64,000 nt of DNA, from the NCBI GenBank assembly GCA_016840855.1, contig JAEORO010000069.1, positions 74,952 through 138,951 of the forward strand. The letters are read 5' to 3'. Below, one piece after another: positions 1-10,551 of this stretch; the first letter of the stretch is position 1, and each line of letters begins with the position of its first letter. A program made the translations under genes and the position numbers. The notes below the pieces were generated by a model. The model was not told the DNA's origin and made no database searches. It worked only from the letters and a program-made list of their open reading frames with translations. This DNA comes from Candidatus Thorarchaeota archaeon (GTDB lineage: Archaea > Asgardarchaeota > Thorarchaeia > Thorarchaeales > Thorarchaeaceae).

Positions 1-1103
1 TTCATGTCTGTCAACTTCCTTTGGATTGCAACGACCCTCGGATCACACAAACGAGGGCCGCTGCAGAATCTCCACCTTAGGAGATTCGGAGATAGGAGAT
101 TTGTTCAGTGTAACTCTAATGTGAAATAGCATTGCTTTATTCTGACACGCTAAAACCGGCGTTACAAAGTGCTCCAAATGACTGAACACAGATCGTCTTA
201 TCCTCACTAGCTAAGCACAGCTTCGCTCTTGAGAGGATACCTGGTTGTGTCATAGTCATCACATCGCCAGTTTTGGTTTATACAACCAACCATATTTTGT
301 TAATGGTTTGGATATAAACATTATTCTTAAAGCATTATTTTGTATCCTGTACTTAAAATTGCAATTATGTTGATATTTCAAACCAATTTTGTGAATATTA
401 GACAGGACACACATGCGTTTCTACCTCCTGAAGAAGGCGGTTGTGATTGCTTGTGTTGTCATAATCTGTTTCTTGTTTCTGTTTGTCATTTCGTTACCTC
501 CGATAGGTATATGCATGGATGATAGCCTGAGTTCGACACAGACATCTGTTTGGTAATTTGGATTTGAGATCGTATTCAGATGAAGCCATGATTTTTCACA
601 CTCCATTATAGGTTGGTCACAAGATATGCTATTTCTGAGACTAACTGACCAGTTCTATGACCACTATGTGACCAATCACCTTTCATAGATGGATCGGTAG
701 ATATCCAGCAGATTTGTTTCTCAATGTGTTCCATGCTCATCACCTTACGACAGTCAAGTAGGCATATGTCAGAGCCTGGGTTGTAAAAACAGCACCACTT
801 TTGTTCTTCAGCGCAGATATGTTTCGTGAGTTAGTTGTTAGAGCCATGATATTTCACAAGAAATACTGCTCAGTTTTGGTATATATAGCGGAGCCACGTG
901 AGAGGGTCACGAGAAGGAGTCACAATTTGTGACTATGAATTAATGAAAGGACAGAGCTAGAAACCATTGTCTTGTATGAGAAAAGAGTATCATATGTTTC
1001 AAAAAAACCATTATTCGTAGCAAAACCGACTTGATAGTCAAACATATTTAGCGGCATTGTCGGACCAAAAACACACCTAGAATCAATCCAGAGGTAGATC
1101 ATA

Positions 1104-1985
1104 TTGGAGATTAAGAAAATCGCTGTTTTAGGCGCAGGTCTAATGGGAAACGGAATTGCTCATGTATGTGCGCAAGCCGGGTATGAGGTCAAGATGCGTG
1201 ACATAGACCAGAAGTTCATCGACAAGGGATTGTCCACTATCAAGAAGAACTTGGAGAGAGGAATTGCGAAAGGAAAAATCACTCAGGACGAAGTTGACAC
1301 AATTCTCACGAGAATCCATGGAGTCTTAGATCTTGAAGATGCGGTCAAGGATGCTGATCTTGTTATCGAAGCAGTTCCAGAAATTGTCAGTCTAAAGCTC
1401 GACATTTGGAAAGAGGTTGATACATTTGCACCAGAACATGCAATTCTGGCTTCTAACACATCTAGTATTAGTATCACCCAAATGGCTGCAGTCACAAAAA
1501 GACCAGAGAAGTTCATAGGAATGCATTTCTTTAACCCTGTTCCGATCATGAATCTTGTAGAGATTATCAAGGGACAAGCCACCAACGATTCAACAGTGCA
1601 GATAATTGAGGATGTTTCAAAGAAGATTGGCAAGGAAACAGTACTTGTCAATGAAGCTCCTGGATTTGCAGTCAATAGACTACTTGTTCCAGCATTGCTT
1701 GAGGCTGTATTTGCCATCCAAGAGGGGGTAGCCACCGTTGAAGACATGGATAAAGCGATTCATCTTGGGCTGAATTGGCCAATGGGTCCATTAACTCTGC
1801 TTGACTTTGTAGGTCTTGATACAACGTTACACATAGCAGATTACTTCTTTGAAGAGTTTAAGGACAGCAAATATAGGGCACCAACTCTATTGCGAAAAAT
1901 GGTACGAGCTGGCTGGTTTGGTAGAAAATCAGGCATGGGTTTCTATGACTACTCCGGCGAAAAACCCAAACCAAATAGATTCTAA
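1104..1985 (+). CDS. hbd: 3-hydroxybutyryl-/3-hydroxyacyl-CoA dehydrogenase
   Basis: Rossmann GAGLMGNGIA, EAVPE, LASNTSS, catalytic GMHFFNPV, PGFAVNRLL and PMGPLTLLDFVGLD. TTG start. Confidence 0.93.
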   Translation: MEIKKIAVLGAGLMGNGIAHVCAQAGYEVKMRDIDQKFIDKGLSTIKKNLERGIAKGKITQDEVDTILTRIHGVLDLEDAVKDADLVIEAVPEIVSLKLDIWKEVDTFAPEHAILASNTSSISITQMAAVTKRPEKFIGMHFFNPVPIMNLVEIIKGQATNDSTVQIIEDVSKKIGKETVLVNEAPGFAVNRLLVPALLEAVFAIQEGVATVEDMDKAIHLGLNWPMGPLTLLDFVGLDTTLHIADYFFEEFKDSKYRAPTLLRKMVRAGWFGRKSGMGFYDYSGEKPKPNRF

Positions 1986-1993
1986 TGGAATTT

Positions 1994-2017
1994 TGACTGG
2001 TCTATGTTGACCAGTCA
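1994..2017 (+). terminator. Stem-loop downstream of hbd (terminator-like)
   Basis: Perfect 9-bp inverted repeat tgactggtc-N6-gaccagtca, 8 nt after the stop, followed by ttctattctttt. Confidence 0.5.
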
Positions 2018-2059
2018 TTCTATTCTTTTACATGAACAAAATACTTAGCACCAATCATT

Positions 2060-2926
2060 TTGGAACAAGCAAGGGTGTTTCTTTTGAAATACAAAGAGAG
2101 CAAGTACATTGGATTTGATGGAATTAGGATGTTCTTAGCACTCTGGCGCCCCGATGATGATAAGCCAAGAGCACTAGTGATTGCACTACATGGATTGGGC
2201 AGTCATGCCGGAGATATGAAGAATATTGGGGAATTTCTCTCGGAGAGAGGAATTGCTGTCTTTGCACCTGATATGCGAGGGTTCGGACATTATTCTGGGA
2301 CAAAAGGACATGTAATGAGTTTTGAAGAGTATGTAGAGGATATTCAAAACTTGGTTATGCAAATAAAAGATCAATATCTGAACAAAATAACATACTTATT
2401 TGGCGCATCTTTAGGCGGTGTCAACGCAATAAGGTATGTTTTGAGATATCCGAGGGTTGTCGATGGACTTCTTCTCCAATGTCCAGCTGTGAGCCAGAAC
2501 CTGAAAATTGGGACTGGAAAACGGTTTGCGGGTAATATTCTCTCTCTATTGAATGTGAAGAGATATGTGGATATTGGCATAGATTACGCGGATGTTTCCA
2601 GGAGTCCTGAAAATATTGAAAGACTTGAAAGAGACCCGCTTCGAGTCGACATGGTCACTCCTCGGTTTGGCATTGAAGCACTGAAAGCATCAAAGGATGC
2701 GTTCCAAGCAGCCTCCGATATTACAATGCCAGTGATGATTCAGCAAGCGGGAGCTGATAAATTAGTTATTCCTGAAAAGACTAAGGAATTCTTTGATGCT
2801 CTAAGGTCAACCGATAAGACCTGGATGTTCTACGAAGGTCTCTATCACCAACTTCATGAAGAACCAGAGAAAGAACAAGTACTTGGAGACCTACATAGCT
2901 GGTTAGATAAACGCCTTCCAACCTAA
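2060..2926 (+). CDS. Alpha/beta hydrolase, lysophospholipase/monoacylglycerol lipase family
   Basis: HGLGSH, DMRGFG, nucleophile elbow GASLGG, acid in AGADKLV, His in YHQLHEEP. Confidence 0.88.
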   Translation: MEQARVFLLKYKESKYIGFDGIRMFLALWRPDDDKPRALVIALHGLGSHAGDMKNIGEFLSERGIAVFAPDMRGFGHYSGTKGHVMSFEEYVEDIQNLVMQIKDQYLNKITYLFGASLGGVNAIRYVLRYPRVVDGLLLQCPAVSQNLKIGTGKRFAGNILSLLNVKRYVDIGIDYADVSRSPENIERLERDPLRVDMVTPRFGIEALKASKDAFQAASDITMPVMIQQAGADKLVIPEKTKEFFDALRSTDKTWMFYEGLYHQLHEEPEKEQVLGDLHSWLDKRLPT

Positions 2927-5742
2927 TCTTTTTTTGACTCACGATGGTGCCCAAAAATTATATGCGGCGGGATTAAAAGCGCGGGGATACAGGTCACAAG
3001 AACGATACACCAGTCAATCAGGTTTATTGGTACGGTTTCAAAGAGCATAGCCAAAGGAGGGAAATAAATTGTTGCGAGAGTCAAAATAATTGACAAGGCA
3101 ACAGCACCCATTAGCACCTTTGATTTACGCATTTCAGTCCTCCAGACTGGGTGATACTCATCCCGGCAATTCCATACAAACAGTAGTTCAAAGCACACAA
3201 CACTAGCAAATACTGCAGATCGCCCATGAGTCAAGACATAAGCCCATGAAATTCCAGTTATTGGAGATATGTCAGAACTCCATATTACAGAGGGACCAGT
3301 AATGCCTGGAATCCAACCCCCATATGCCCATAATGACCAAATGAACACACTAATTGATGATATGAATGCAACAGCACCAGCCGTAACAATGAAAGTAATC
3401 ATACCACGGTCCATCATTTTAGCGCCGGGTTTCCGAGGAGGTCTATCCATTACTCCAGATTCGGGAGGATCAACTCCAAGTGCTAGGGCAGGAAAACCAT
3501 CAGTGGCGAGATTGAGCCAAAGTATCTGTATCGCGGTTATTGGTAGTGGTAATCCAAGCATCACAACTGTGAATATTAGAAATACTTCATCGAAGTTTGC
3601 GGCTAGCAAAAACCGAACGAATTTTCTAATGTTGGAATAAATCTCACGACCTTTCTCAACTGCAGAAACAATAGTAGCAAAGTTATCATCTGTGAGGATA
3701 ACATCCGACGCTTCTTTCGTTACATCAGCTCCTCGGATACCCATTGCGATACCAACATCTGCAGTTTTAATTGCAGGCGCATCATTGACACCATCTCCAG
3801 TCATTGCAACAACTTGAGAATGTGACTTCAGAGCACCTACAATCTGTAGTTTATGTTCTGGAGCAACTCGAGCAAATACATTGCAGCGTTGAACTACTTC
3901 TTGAAACTTGCTGGGTGCCATCTCATCCAGTTCTGCACCACTGACCACCTCACCATCGACATCAATCAATCCAACGTCTCTAGCAATCGCTCGTGCAGTG
4001 AGCATATGATCGCCAGTAATCATAATTGGTCGAATTCCAGCTATCTTGCATATTTCTATAGCATCACGAACTTCTTTTCGAGGTGGATCAATCATCCCAA
4101 TCAATCCAACAAATATGAGGTTTCGTTCGACTTTTTCTGGTTCCCAATCAGCTAATTCGGATTCTAATGGACGGTATGCAAACGCTAGAACTCTCAGAGC
4201 TGCTTCTGCAAATCCAGCGTTTATGTGGATTATTGATTCTCTCTCTTCGTCAGATAACTCCCTAATATCATCATTTTCATAAATATGCGTACAGAGTGGA
4301 AGAAGAACTTCAGGAGCTCCCTTTGCATTAGCGACGAGGTTTCCATCTTCATCACGGATGATTGATGTCATTCGCTTTCTTGCAGAATCAAATGAGATTT
4401 CTGTTAATTCGGTATTACGGGACAATGTATCAGCATGAGACAGTCCTGCTTTTTCTGCAAGAACAAGAAGTGCTCCCTCAGTTGGGTCGCCAACAACACT
4501 ATAATCGGCTTTTCCTGATGGATCTGGTTGTAACACAGAGTTACAACAAAGCTGCCCAATTTCAAGAAGTCTAACGACATGTGGATCTCCCATCACGCCA
4601 TAATCTTCACTAGCACGCGTAAATTTTCCAGACTTATTATATCCCACCCCAGAAACTGAAATAGTCATTCCATTTACGAACATTGTTGTTGCAGTCATTT
4701 CGTTCTTTGTGATAGTCCCAGTCTTGTCTGAACAGATTATCGTCGTAGAACCCAGCGTTTCCACTGAGGGGAGCCTTCTAACAATAGCATTCCTTGCCAC
4801 CATTCGTTGTACGCCAATTGCAAGGGTTATTGTAACAACTGCAGGTAGACCTTCAGGGATTGCAGAAACAGCAAGCGCAATAGCAGCTAATAATGCTTCC
4901 ATGATTGTTTCTGCAGCATTCTTTATGACTTCAGCACCAAAGACAATAATACAGAGAAATATGATGAGTATTCCAAGTTTCTTACCAAGGTCCTCCAAGT
5001 CAATTTGTAGTGGAGTCATGGTTTTTTCGCTACTTTGAACGAGTTCAGCTATTTTTCCAAACTGCGTTCTCATGCCTGTTGAAACAACTACAGCTTGGCC
5101 CTTCCCAGCAGTGATAGTAGTGCCTTGGAAAACCATGTTTTTCATATCGCCTACAACAGGTTTGCGAAGATGAATCGGATCACTCAGCTTTCGAACAGCA
5201 ACAGATTCTCCGGTGAGTGGAGCTTCATCAGCCGATAAGCCCACAGCATAGATAACTCGTCCATCTGCTGGAATAAGGTCACCAGCTTCAAAACCAAGAA
5301 GGTCACCGGGTACAACATCGCGAGCATCGATCTCAGTCCAGAGTCCATCTCGCATTGCTCGGGCTTTAGGTGCTGCCATCTCCTTTAGCGCTTCAAGCGC
5401 TTTTTCAGACTTGTATTCTTGCACAAAACCAAAGATGGCATTGAATACCACTATCGCAGAAATGACAAGAGCATCAATCACACCGCCTTCATGGTCAGAT
5501 GCTCCAGCGGATAAAACAGTGGTAAGAAGTGAGATGACAATTGCAATGAGGAGGATGATTACCATAGGATCCATAAATTGGTTAAGAAACATACGTAGGG
5601 GATTAATTCCCCCAGTTTCAACAAGCTCGTTAGGTCCATATTCCTTTAGCCTAACCCTTGCCTCTTTATTTGAGAGACCATTAGGTGATGAATCAAGACG
5701 TTGTAGTACATGTTCAACGTCGTTACTATACCACTCAGTCAT
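2923..5742 (-). CDS. Cation-transporting P-type ATPase (P2A, Ca2+-type)
   Basis: TGES, PEGL, DKTGT phosphorylation site, KGAPE, DPPR, MITGDH, TGDGVNDAP and WLNLATDGFPALALG. Confidence 0.96.
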   Translation of the reverse strand: MTEWYSNDVEHVLQRLDSSPNGLSNKEARVRLKEYGPNELVETGGINPLRMFLNQFMDPMVIILLIAIVISLLTTVLSAGASDHEGGVIDALVISAIVVFNAIFGFVQEYKSEKALEALKEMAAPKARAMRDGLWTEIDARDVVPGDLLGFEAGDLIPADGRVIYAVGLSADEAPLTGESVAVRKLSDPIHLRKPVVGDMKNMVFQGTTITAGKGQAVVVSTGMRTQFGKIAELVQSSEKTMTPLQIDLEDLGKKLGILIIFLCIIVFGAEVIKNAAETIMEALLAAIALAVSAIPEGLPAVVTITLAIGVQRMVARNAIVRRLPSVETLGSTTIICSDKTGTITKNEMTATTMFVNGMTISVSGVGYNKSGKFTRASEDYGVMGDPHVVRLLEIGQLCCNSVLQPDPSGKADYSVVGDPTEGALLVLAEKAGLSHADTLSRNTELTEISFDSARKRMTSIIRDEDGNLVANAKGAPEVLLPLCTHIYENDDIRELSDEERESIIHINAGFAEAALRVLAFAYRPLESELADWEPEKVERNLIFVGLIGMIDPPRKEVRDAIEICKIAGIRPIMITGDHMLTARAIARDVGLIDVDGEVVSGAELDEMAPSKFQEVVQRCNVFARVAPEHKLQIVGALKSHSQVVAMTGDGVNDAPAIKTADVGIAMGIRGADVTKEASDVILTDDNFATIVSAVEKGREIYSNIRKFVRFLLAANFDEVFLIFTVVMLGLPLPITAIQILWLNLATDGFPALALGVDPPESGVMDRPPRKPGAKMMDRGMITFIVTAGAVAFISSISVFIWSLWAYGGWIPGITGPSVIWSSDISPITGISWAYVLTHGRSAVFASVVCFELLFVWNCRDEYHPVWRTEMRKSKVLMGAVALSIILTLATIYFPPLAMLFETVPINLIDWCIVLVTCIPALLIPPHIIFGHHRESKKD

Positions 5743-5897
5743 TTTGAATACTCCGAGTGCGAAGAGAATTCTACTCTGAGATGGTTATGAGCGCGGGGCA
5801 CCTGAACAAAAACCTATCGGAGTTGGTAAAATCACAATTCGAAAATATTAAAGATAATCTGAGAGCGAAATGTTATTCGAATCAAAAGGTGATCAGT

Positions 5898-6518
5898 TTG
5901 TCTGAAAAATCGAAGTATAATTTCAAATGTTTAGAGAGTAAATGCGAAACAAAAGCATGTCATATCAGACCTAGAGTTGGAGTCACTATTGGCGATCTTG
6001 CTCGCTGGATGAATCAGGGATATATAATGAATATCCTTCCGGGCATAGCGATTCACATGCCAGAGTCTGACAAGGACTCATTCTACTTCGAAACAGGTCG
6101 GAAGCCTCTAGCAAGTGATTCAGAATCAACTTCATGCATATTTTATAATGAACAAGCAAATGCCTGTGAAATAAGATATGGCAGACCAATCTCATGCCAA
6201 ACATATCCACTCGAATTCAACGGTGAAAAATATACCCTAAGTAGTAAAGACTGTCCGGGTGTGGGACAAGGAGATGTGAGTAAGGAGGTACTTCAAGATG
6301 CTAGAAAGTTAGCCGAGCAAGAATACAAGGAGCGAATAGAAACCATGGCAGCACTTCCAGCAGTTTACTCTGTGATGATGAATCAAATGATACGACAGTC
6401 AGCGGAAGCGATGCAAAATCTTTCAGAAGAAGACCGCAAGAAGATGGATGAAATCATTACAAAATCAAGAGGTGAACCAGCAGCTGAAGAGAGTCCATCT
6501 AGTGATCAATCAGAATGA
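5898..6518 (+). CDS. YkgJ-family Cys-cluster (Zn/Fe-chelating) protein
   Basis: FKCLESKCETKAC ... CIFY ... CEIRYGRPISCQTYP ... CPGVG. Likely TTG start at 5898 after GGTGA (track ORF opens at 5757). Confidence 0.75.
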   Translation: MSEKSKYNFKCLESKCETKACHIRPRVGVTIGDLARWMNQGYIMNILPGIAIHMPESDKDSFYFETGRKPLASDSESTSCIFYNEQANACEIRYGRPISCQTYPLEFNGEKYTLSSKDCPGVGQGDVSKEVLQDARKLAEQEYKERIETMAALPAVYSVMMNQMIRQSAEAMQNLSEEDRKKMDEIITKSRGEPAAEESPSSDQSE

Positions 6519-7608
6519 GATCTCGCGGCATGAAGGTTAGTAACTCGGGTCCATTCTCACGTACACAGATCAATTCCTCAATTCTTATTCCGAATTTCCC
6601 TTCCAGATAGATTCCAGGCTCAATACTATGACACATACTAACCTGTAATTCTTTTGGACTACCTCTAACTAAGTAGGGAGGTTCATGAACTTCAAGTCCA
6701 ATTCCATGGCCAAGGCGATGAGTAAAAAATTCACCATATCCAGCATCATCAATTACTCTACGCGCGATACCATCAGCAGTTCCACAGGACATTCCTGGTA
6801 TAATCTGCTTCAGAGCTGTTTCTAATGCTCGAAGCACGGTTGAATACACTCGTTCAAGCACATCCGTCGGGTCGCCTGTAACTCCTACTCTGGTCATATC
6901 AGTATTATAACCATCTAATGAACAACCGCAATCCATTAGAACCACATCACCTTTCCTCAATTCACGGCTACCAGAAACTGCATGCGGAAAAGCACTATTC
7001 TCACCAAATTGGACAGCAGCGAATGTAGGAGTAGCTCCTTGACAGCGGACTTCATCGTTTACTATCTGCCTCACTTCAATTTCAGTCATTCCCAAGTTTG
7101 CTTTCTGAAACGCTCTTTGGACTGCATTACTAATAATTTGACCTGCTTGTTTCATCAACTGAATCTCACTATCTGATTTCTTAAGGCGCATGGTATCAAT
7201 AATGGAACTCAATGAGGCGGATTTGTTAAAACCACCTATAGCAGCTTCAAGTGCCCAATATACGTTGAGGGGAGTATGGTCATCGAATAGGACAGACAAC
7301 CCTCTGCCCTTTCCTCCAACGAGGTCTGTCACAATTGCATAGGGATCCTCATCATCCGCCCAAGATACAAACTCATTAATCCAAGTATTGGAACGAAGAT
7401 TGGAAACTTCGAATGCAGGAGCAATGATTTGTGTTTCTGAGTCTTTCATTATCAGAAGAGCAAGGAGTCGTTCATGCATCTCATATTCGAAACCTGTTAA
7501 ATACTGAAAACTTGGTGAAGGTGTAAGAATGCCAAAATCAAAATTTGATGTTTCAAGATGTCTGCGAATTTGTTCGATTCTCTTCTTGTAAATAGATTCA
7601 TCGAGCAT
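6499..7608 (-). CDS. Xaa-Pro peptidase (M24B, prolidase/aminopeptidase P family)
   Basis: Creatinase N-domain, metal ligands DCG...YNTDMTR, HRLGHGIGLEVHE, SIEPGIY and GIRIEE. Confidence 0.93.
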   Translation of the reverse strand: MLDESIYKKRIEQIRRHLETSNFDFGILTPSPSFQYLTGFEYEMHERLLALLIMKDSETQIIAPAFEVSNLRSNTWINEFVSWADDEDPYAIVTDLVGGKGRGLSVLFDDHTPLNVYWALEAAIGGFNKSASLSSIIDTMRLKKSDSEIQLMKQAGQIISNAVQRAFQKANLGMTEIEVRQIVNDEVRCQGATPTFAAVQFGENSAFPHAVSGSRELRKGDVVLMDCGCSLDGYNTDMTRVGVTGDPTDVLERVYSTVLRALETALKQIIPGMSCGTADGIARRVIDDAGYGEFFTHRLGHGIGLEVHEPPYLVRGSPKELQVSMCHSIEPGIYLEGKFGIRIEELICVRENGPELLTFMPRDLILIDH

Positions 7609-7729
7609 TTGTACGCTCTCACAACCAGAGATATCATAGAACCCTGTCTACATAACAATGCCGGTCACATCAATCGGGATTGCAAGAACTACAGTTAATA
7701 GGAGGACCAAGAGCCATCGAGAAACAGGA

Positions 7730-9115
7730 ATGACCGAGACCGACCCTCTAGCAAAGAAGAATGAAGCTCGTCGACTTCCCTCTAGAGTATATCTTGTAGG
7801 TGCGCTAACTCAGTTCGGAGTGGGTTTGCATTCGCCATTTCTTCAGGCATATCTTATTGATATGCAAGAAGCGCTAAGGGGAGTTCAGAATTTTATTGAA
7901 CAAGGAGCATTTCGTAGTGTTGGAAATGTTGCACCAACAGTTCTCCAACCGGTTTGGGGGGTAGCATCAGATAGAGCAAGGAACACAAGGGCATTTGTTG
8001 CATTTGGAACTCTGACAGGACTCCTTGTCGTATACATGTTCTTGTGGGCATCAACACCTCTAGAGATGATCATTCTTTATGCCATTCAATCAATCCTCTT
8101 CAGTATACAAATACCAACCTGGCTTTCATTAGTTGGAGGATTGATGGATGAAACAAACAGAGGCAATGAACTAGGCAAATTGGGTCTAGCAACAAATATT
8201 GCGTCACTTTCTGCGACACTAGTTTCAGGGTTCATCGCAGTTTTACCCACACTTGCTCCATTCCTTCGAAATCTCTTTGGACCACTTGGTCTACTACTGT
8301 TCCCACTTCATATGGATGAACAGGCATTCAGAGTTGCGTATTACGGTCCATTTTTCTTCACTGCAGTTGTAGGAATCATCTCATCAGTCTTGTCTTTAAC
8401 AATCAAAGAACATCCTAAAACTAATGATAAATCTAAGAAATTCCCTCCAATCCATCGATTATTATCTCAGCCTGGAGACTTTCGCAGATTTTGCTTCATT
8501 GCTGTGTTCTTTTCATTTGCTATGTCTATGGCATGGCCATACTTCATCATAGTGCAGAAATCTTGGTTAAATAACACCAATCTCGAAATCGCAATTGCAT
8601 CAGCAGTTATGACAATATCAATTGTTATATTCACAATGCCATTTGGTCGACTTAGTGATAGAGTGGGGAGGAAGCCTTTAATCCTTCTTGGAAGAGGTTT
8701 CCTTTTTCTTGTACCTATAATGTACGCATTTGCTCAAAATGTATATTATGTCTATGCGGCTAATATTCTCGCTGGGTTTTGTACAGCATCGGGTATGAAT
8801 GCAATTACTGCGTACATATACGATATTTCACCAGAGGATGAAAGAGCATCCCATCTTGCTGTTTATAATACCTTTATTGGAACTGTATATCTTGTTGGTT
8901 CATTAATCGCAGGAGTCCTTGGACAGACCATCTTTGAGTTATTTGGAGATGCTCGATTTTCAGTCTTCCTTATGCTTATGTTGAGTGGAGTTCTAAGGTT
9001 TTTTGCCGCTTTCTTGTATATGTTAATCAAGGAACCAAAGGAGTACTCTACTACTTTGTGGCTCGAACTTCGAGCACGTTTACCTGGTAGACGTCATGAT
9101 GCAGATTTCGTTTAG
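7730..9115 (+). CDS. MFS transporter
   Basis: About 12 hydrophobic segments and motif A GRLSDRVGRKP. Start at ATG 7730 preferred over 7658. Confidence 0.9.
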   Translation: MTETDPLAKKNEARRLPSRVYLVGALTQFGVGLHSPFLQAYLIDMQEALRGVQNFIEQGAFRSVGNVAPTVLQPVWGVASDRARNTRAFVAFGTLTGLLVVYMFLWASTPLEMIILYAIQSILFSIQIPTWLSLVGGLMDETNRGNELGKLGLATNIASLSATLVSGFIAVLPTLAPFLRNLFGPLGLLLFPLHMDEQAFRVAYYGPFFFTAVVGIISSVLSLTIKEHPKTNDKSKKFPPIHRLLSQPGDFRRFCFIAVFFSFAMSMAWPYFIIVQKSWLNNTNLEIAIASAVMTISIVIFTMPFGRLSDRVGRKPLILLGRGFLFLVPIMYAFAQNVYYVYAANILAGFCTASGMNAITAYIYDISPEDERASHLAVYNTFIGTVYLVGSLIAGVLGQTIFELFGDARFSVFLMLMLSGVLRFFAAFLYMLIKEPKEYSTTLWLELRARLPGRRHDADFV

Positions 9116-9182
9116 AATAGGATAGACTTAAGGAGATGTAGTAGAATCCTCATCGCCGAACAATTGAGAGGATTGCATTAGA

Positions 9183-9536
9183 TTGGAGAAAGAGCCCAGC
9201 TTTGAAGATAGTTGGAAGATAGAAATAAGAAGAGGCATTCTTCAATATGCAGTTCTTGCCATCGTAAATCGCCATGAGAAGGGAATACATGGTTATGGGA
9301 TTGCGCGTGAACTTGAGGAGAAAACTGATGGTCTCCTTCAAGTTAAGGAGGGGACTCTTTACCCAATACTTCACCGGCTTCGGAAAGAAAGACTATTGAA
9401 TGTGCATTCGGAAAAATCTGAATCAGGGCCTAGCAGGAAGGTGTATGTCCTGACGGGAGAGGGAGACCGCGTTTTTCGTCAGTTGACTGTTCTTGTTGGG
9501 GACATCTTTGAAAAATTGGAGGCGCTCAAGAAATGA
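9183..9536 (+). CDS. PadR family transcriptional regulator
   Basis: HGYGIAREL ... EGTLYPILHRL ... GPSRKVYVLT signature. Confidence 0.93.
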   Translation: MEKEPSFEDSWKIEIRRGILQYAVLAIVNRHEKGIHGYGIARELEEKTDGLLQVKEGTLYPILHRLRKERLLNVHSEKSESGPSRKVYVLTGEGDRVFRQLTVLVGDIFEKLEALKK

Positions 9537-9979
9537 GTGAAAATGATATCGATCGTGTAATTGAGAAATACTTGAAGAGGATTACTAAACTATTACCAGA
9601 TAGTTTTGAAACAGAGGATCTTCTAGATGATTTGAGGTCTCACATCTTTGAATCTTACAGAGTGAAAACAGAAAAGAGTCCGGATGAGGATAAGCAGATC
9701 CTGATTGCTGAGGTGCTTGAGGAATTAGGTTCTCCTGAGGAAATTGCCAATGAATATGGTCAGGAGCAGGTTAAGAAAGATGAGGAAAAGAGCACGAGTG
9801 ATAAATGGATATATTATACAATGCGTCTAGCTTTAGCAGTACTTGTAGTGGTCTTAGCATCATGGGCAGCTTCTATCATTACTGGAGGCGCAGTAGACTT
9901 TATGCTAGCAGTCATTGTTTTGCTTGCTTTTGCTGTTCTTGAGTGGTTAGTTAGGACACAACAAACAAAGGATGCTTAA
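9533..9979 (+). CDS. HAAS/DUF1700-like membrane protein coupled to PadR
   Basis: YLKRI..LLP...DDLRSHI...LEELGSPEEIANEY motif followed by 2 TM helices. ATGA overlap with padR. Confidence 0.75.
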   Translation: MSENDIDRVIEKYLKRITKLLPDSFETEDLLDDLRSHIFESYRVKTEKSPDEDKQILIAEVLEELGSPEEIANEYGQEQVKKDEEKSTSDKWIYYTMRLALAVLVVVLASWAASIITGGAVDFMLAVIVLLAFAVLEWLVRTQQTKDA

Positions 9980-9981
9980 TC

Positions 9982-10551
9982 ATGCCTGTAAAAACATTTT
10001 ACTTCGATAATGCGTCTCCGAACCATACGGAAAAGGTTCTAACAATAGTTAGAGAGCATCTCATCGAGAATCCTGCTATTGAATATGTTGTTGCTGCAAC
10101 AACTGAAGGTGCTACTGGTATTGCAGCAGCCAAAGAATTCACAGATAAGAAGGTAGTAGTTGTATCACATCAAACTGGATTCGCAATCGAGAATAAGAAC
10201 GAGCTCAGTGATGAAAATAAACAAGAAATTGAAAAGTTTGGAGCAAAGGTACTAACTGCAACGCACGCTTTTGCTGGCGTCGCTCGGAGCTTTAGAAAAG
10301 AATTAGGTACTTGGATGACTACTGAAATCGTTGCTGTGGCTTTGAAAACTTTCGGTCAAGGGACGAAGGTTTGTGCAGAGATTGCCATGATGGCAGCAGA
10401 CGCAGGCTTGGTCCCCGTTAACAAAGATATTGTATGTGTCGCGGGGACGGGGAGAGGAGCAGATACTGCATGGTTAATTAGAGCTGCATACTCTCACAAA
10501 TTTCCTAAAATGAGAATGAAAGCCTGCTTGTGCAAACCTATAGAATTCTAA
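9982..10551 (+). CDS. Stand-alone pyruvate kinase alpha/beta (PK_C-like) domain protein, archaeal conserved family
   Basis: [46 protein letters not shown] and [10 protein letters not shown] motifs. Confidence 0.8.
   Translation: MPVKTFYFDNASPNHTEKVLTIVREHLIENPAIEYVVAATTEGATGIAAAKEFTDKKVVVVSHQTGFAIENKNELSDENKQEIEKFGAKVLTATHAFAGVARSFRKELGTWMTTEIVAVALKTFGQGTKVCAEIAMMAADAGLVPVNKDIVCVAGTGRGADTAWLIRAAYSHKFPKMRMKACLCKPIEF

Noticed and set aside
920-1102. 60-aa minus-strand ORF upstream of hbd
   Set aside because: It would start 1 nt from the divergent hbd start, leaving no promoter space, and it has no motif.
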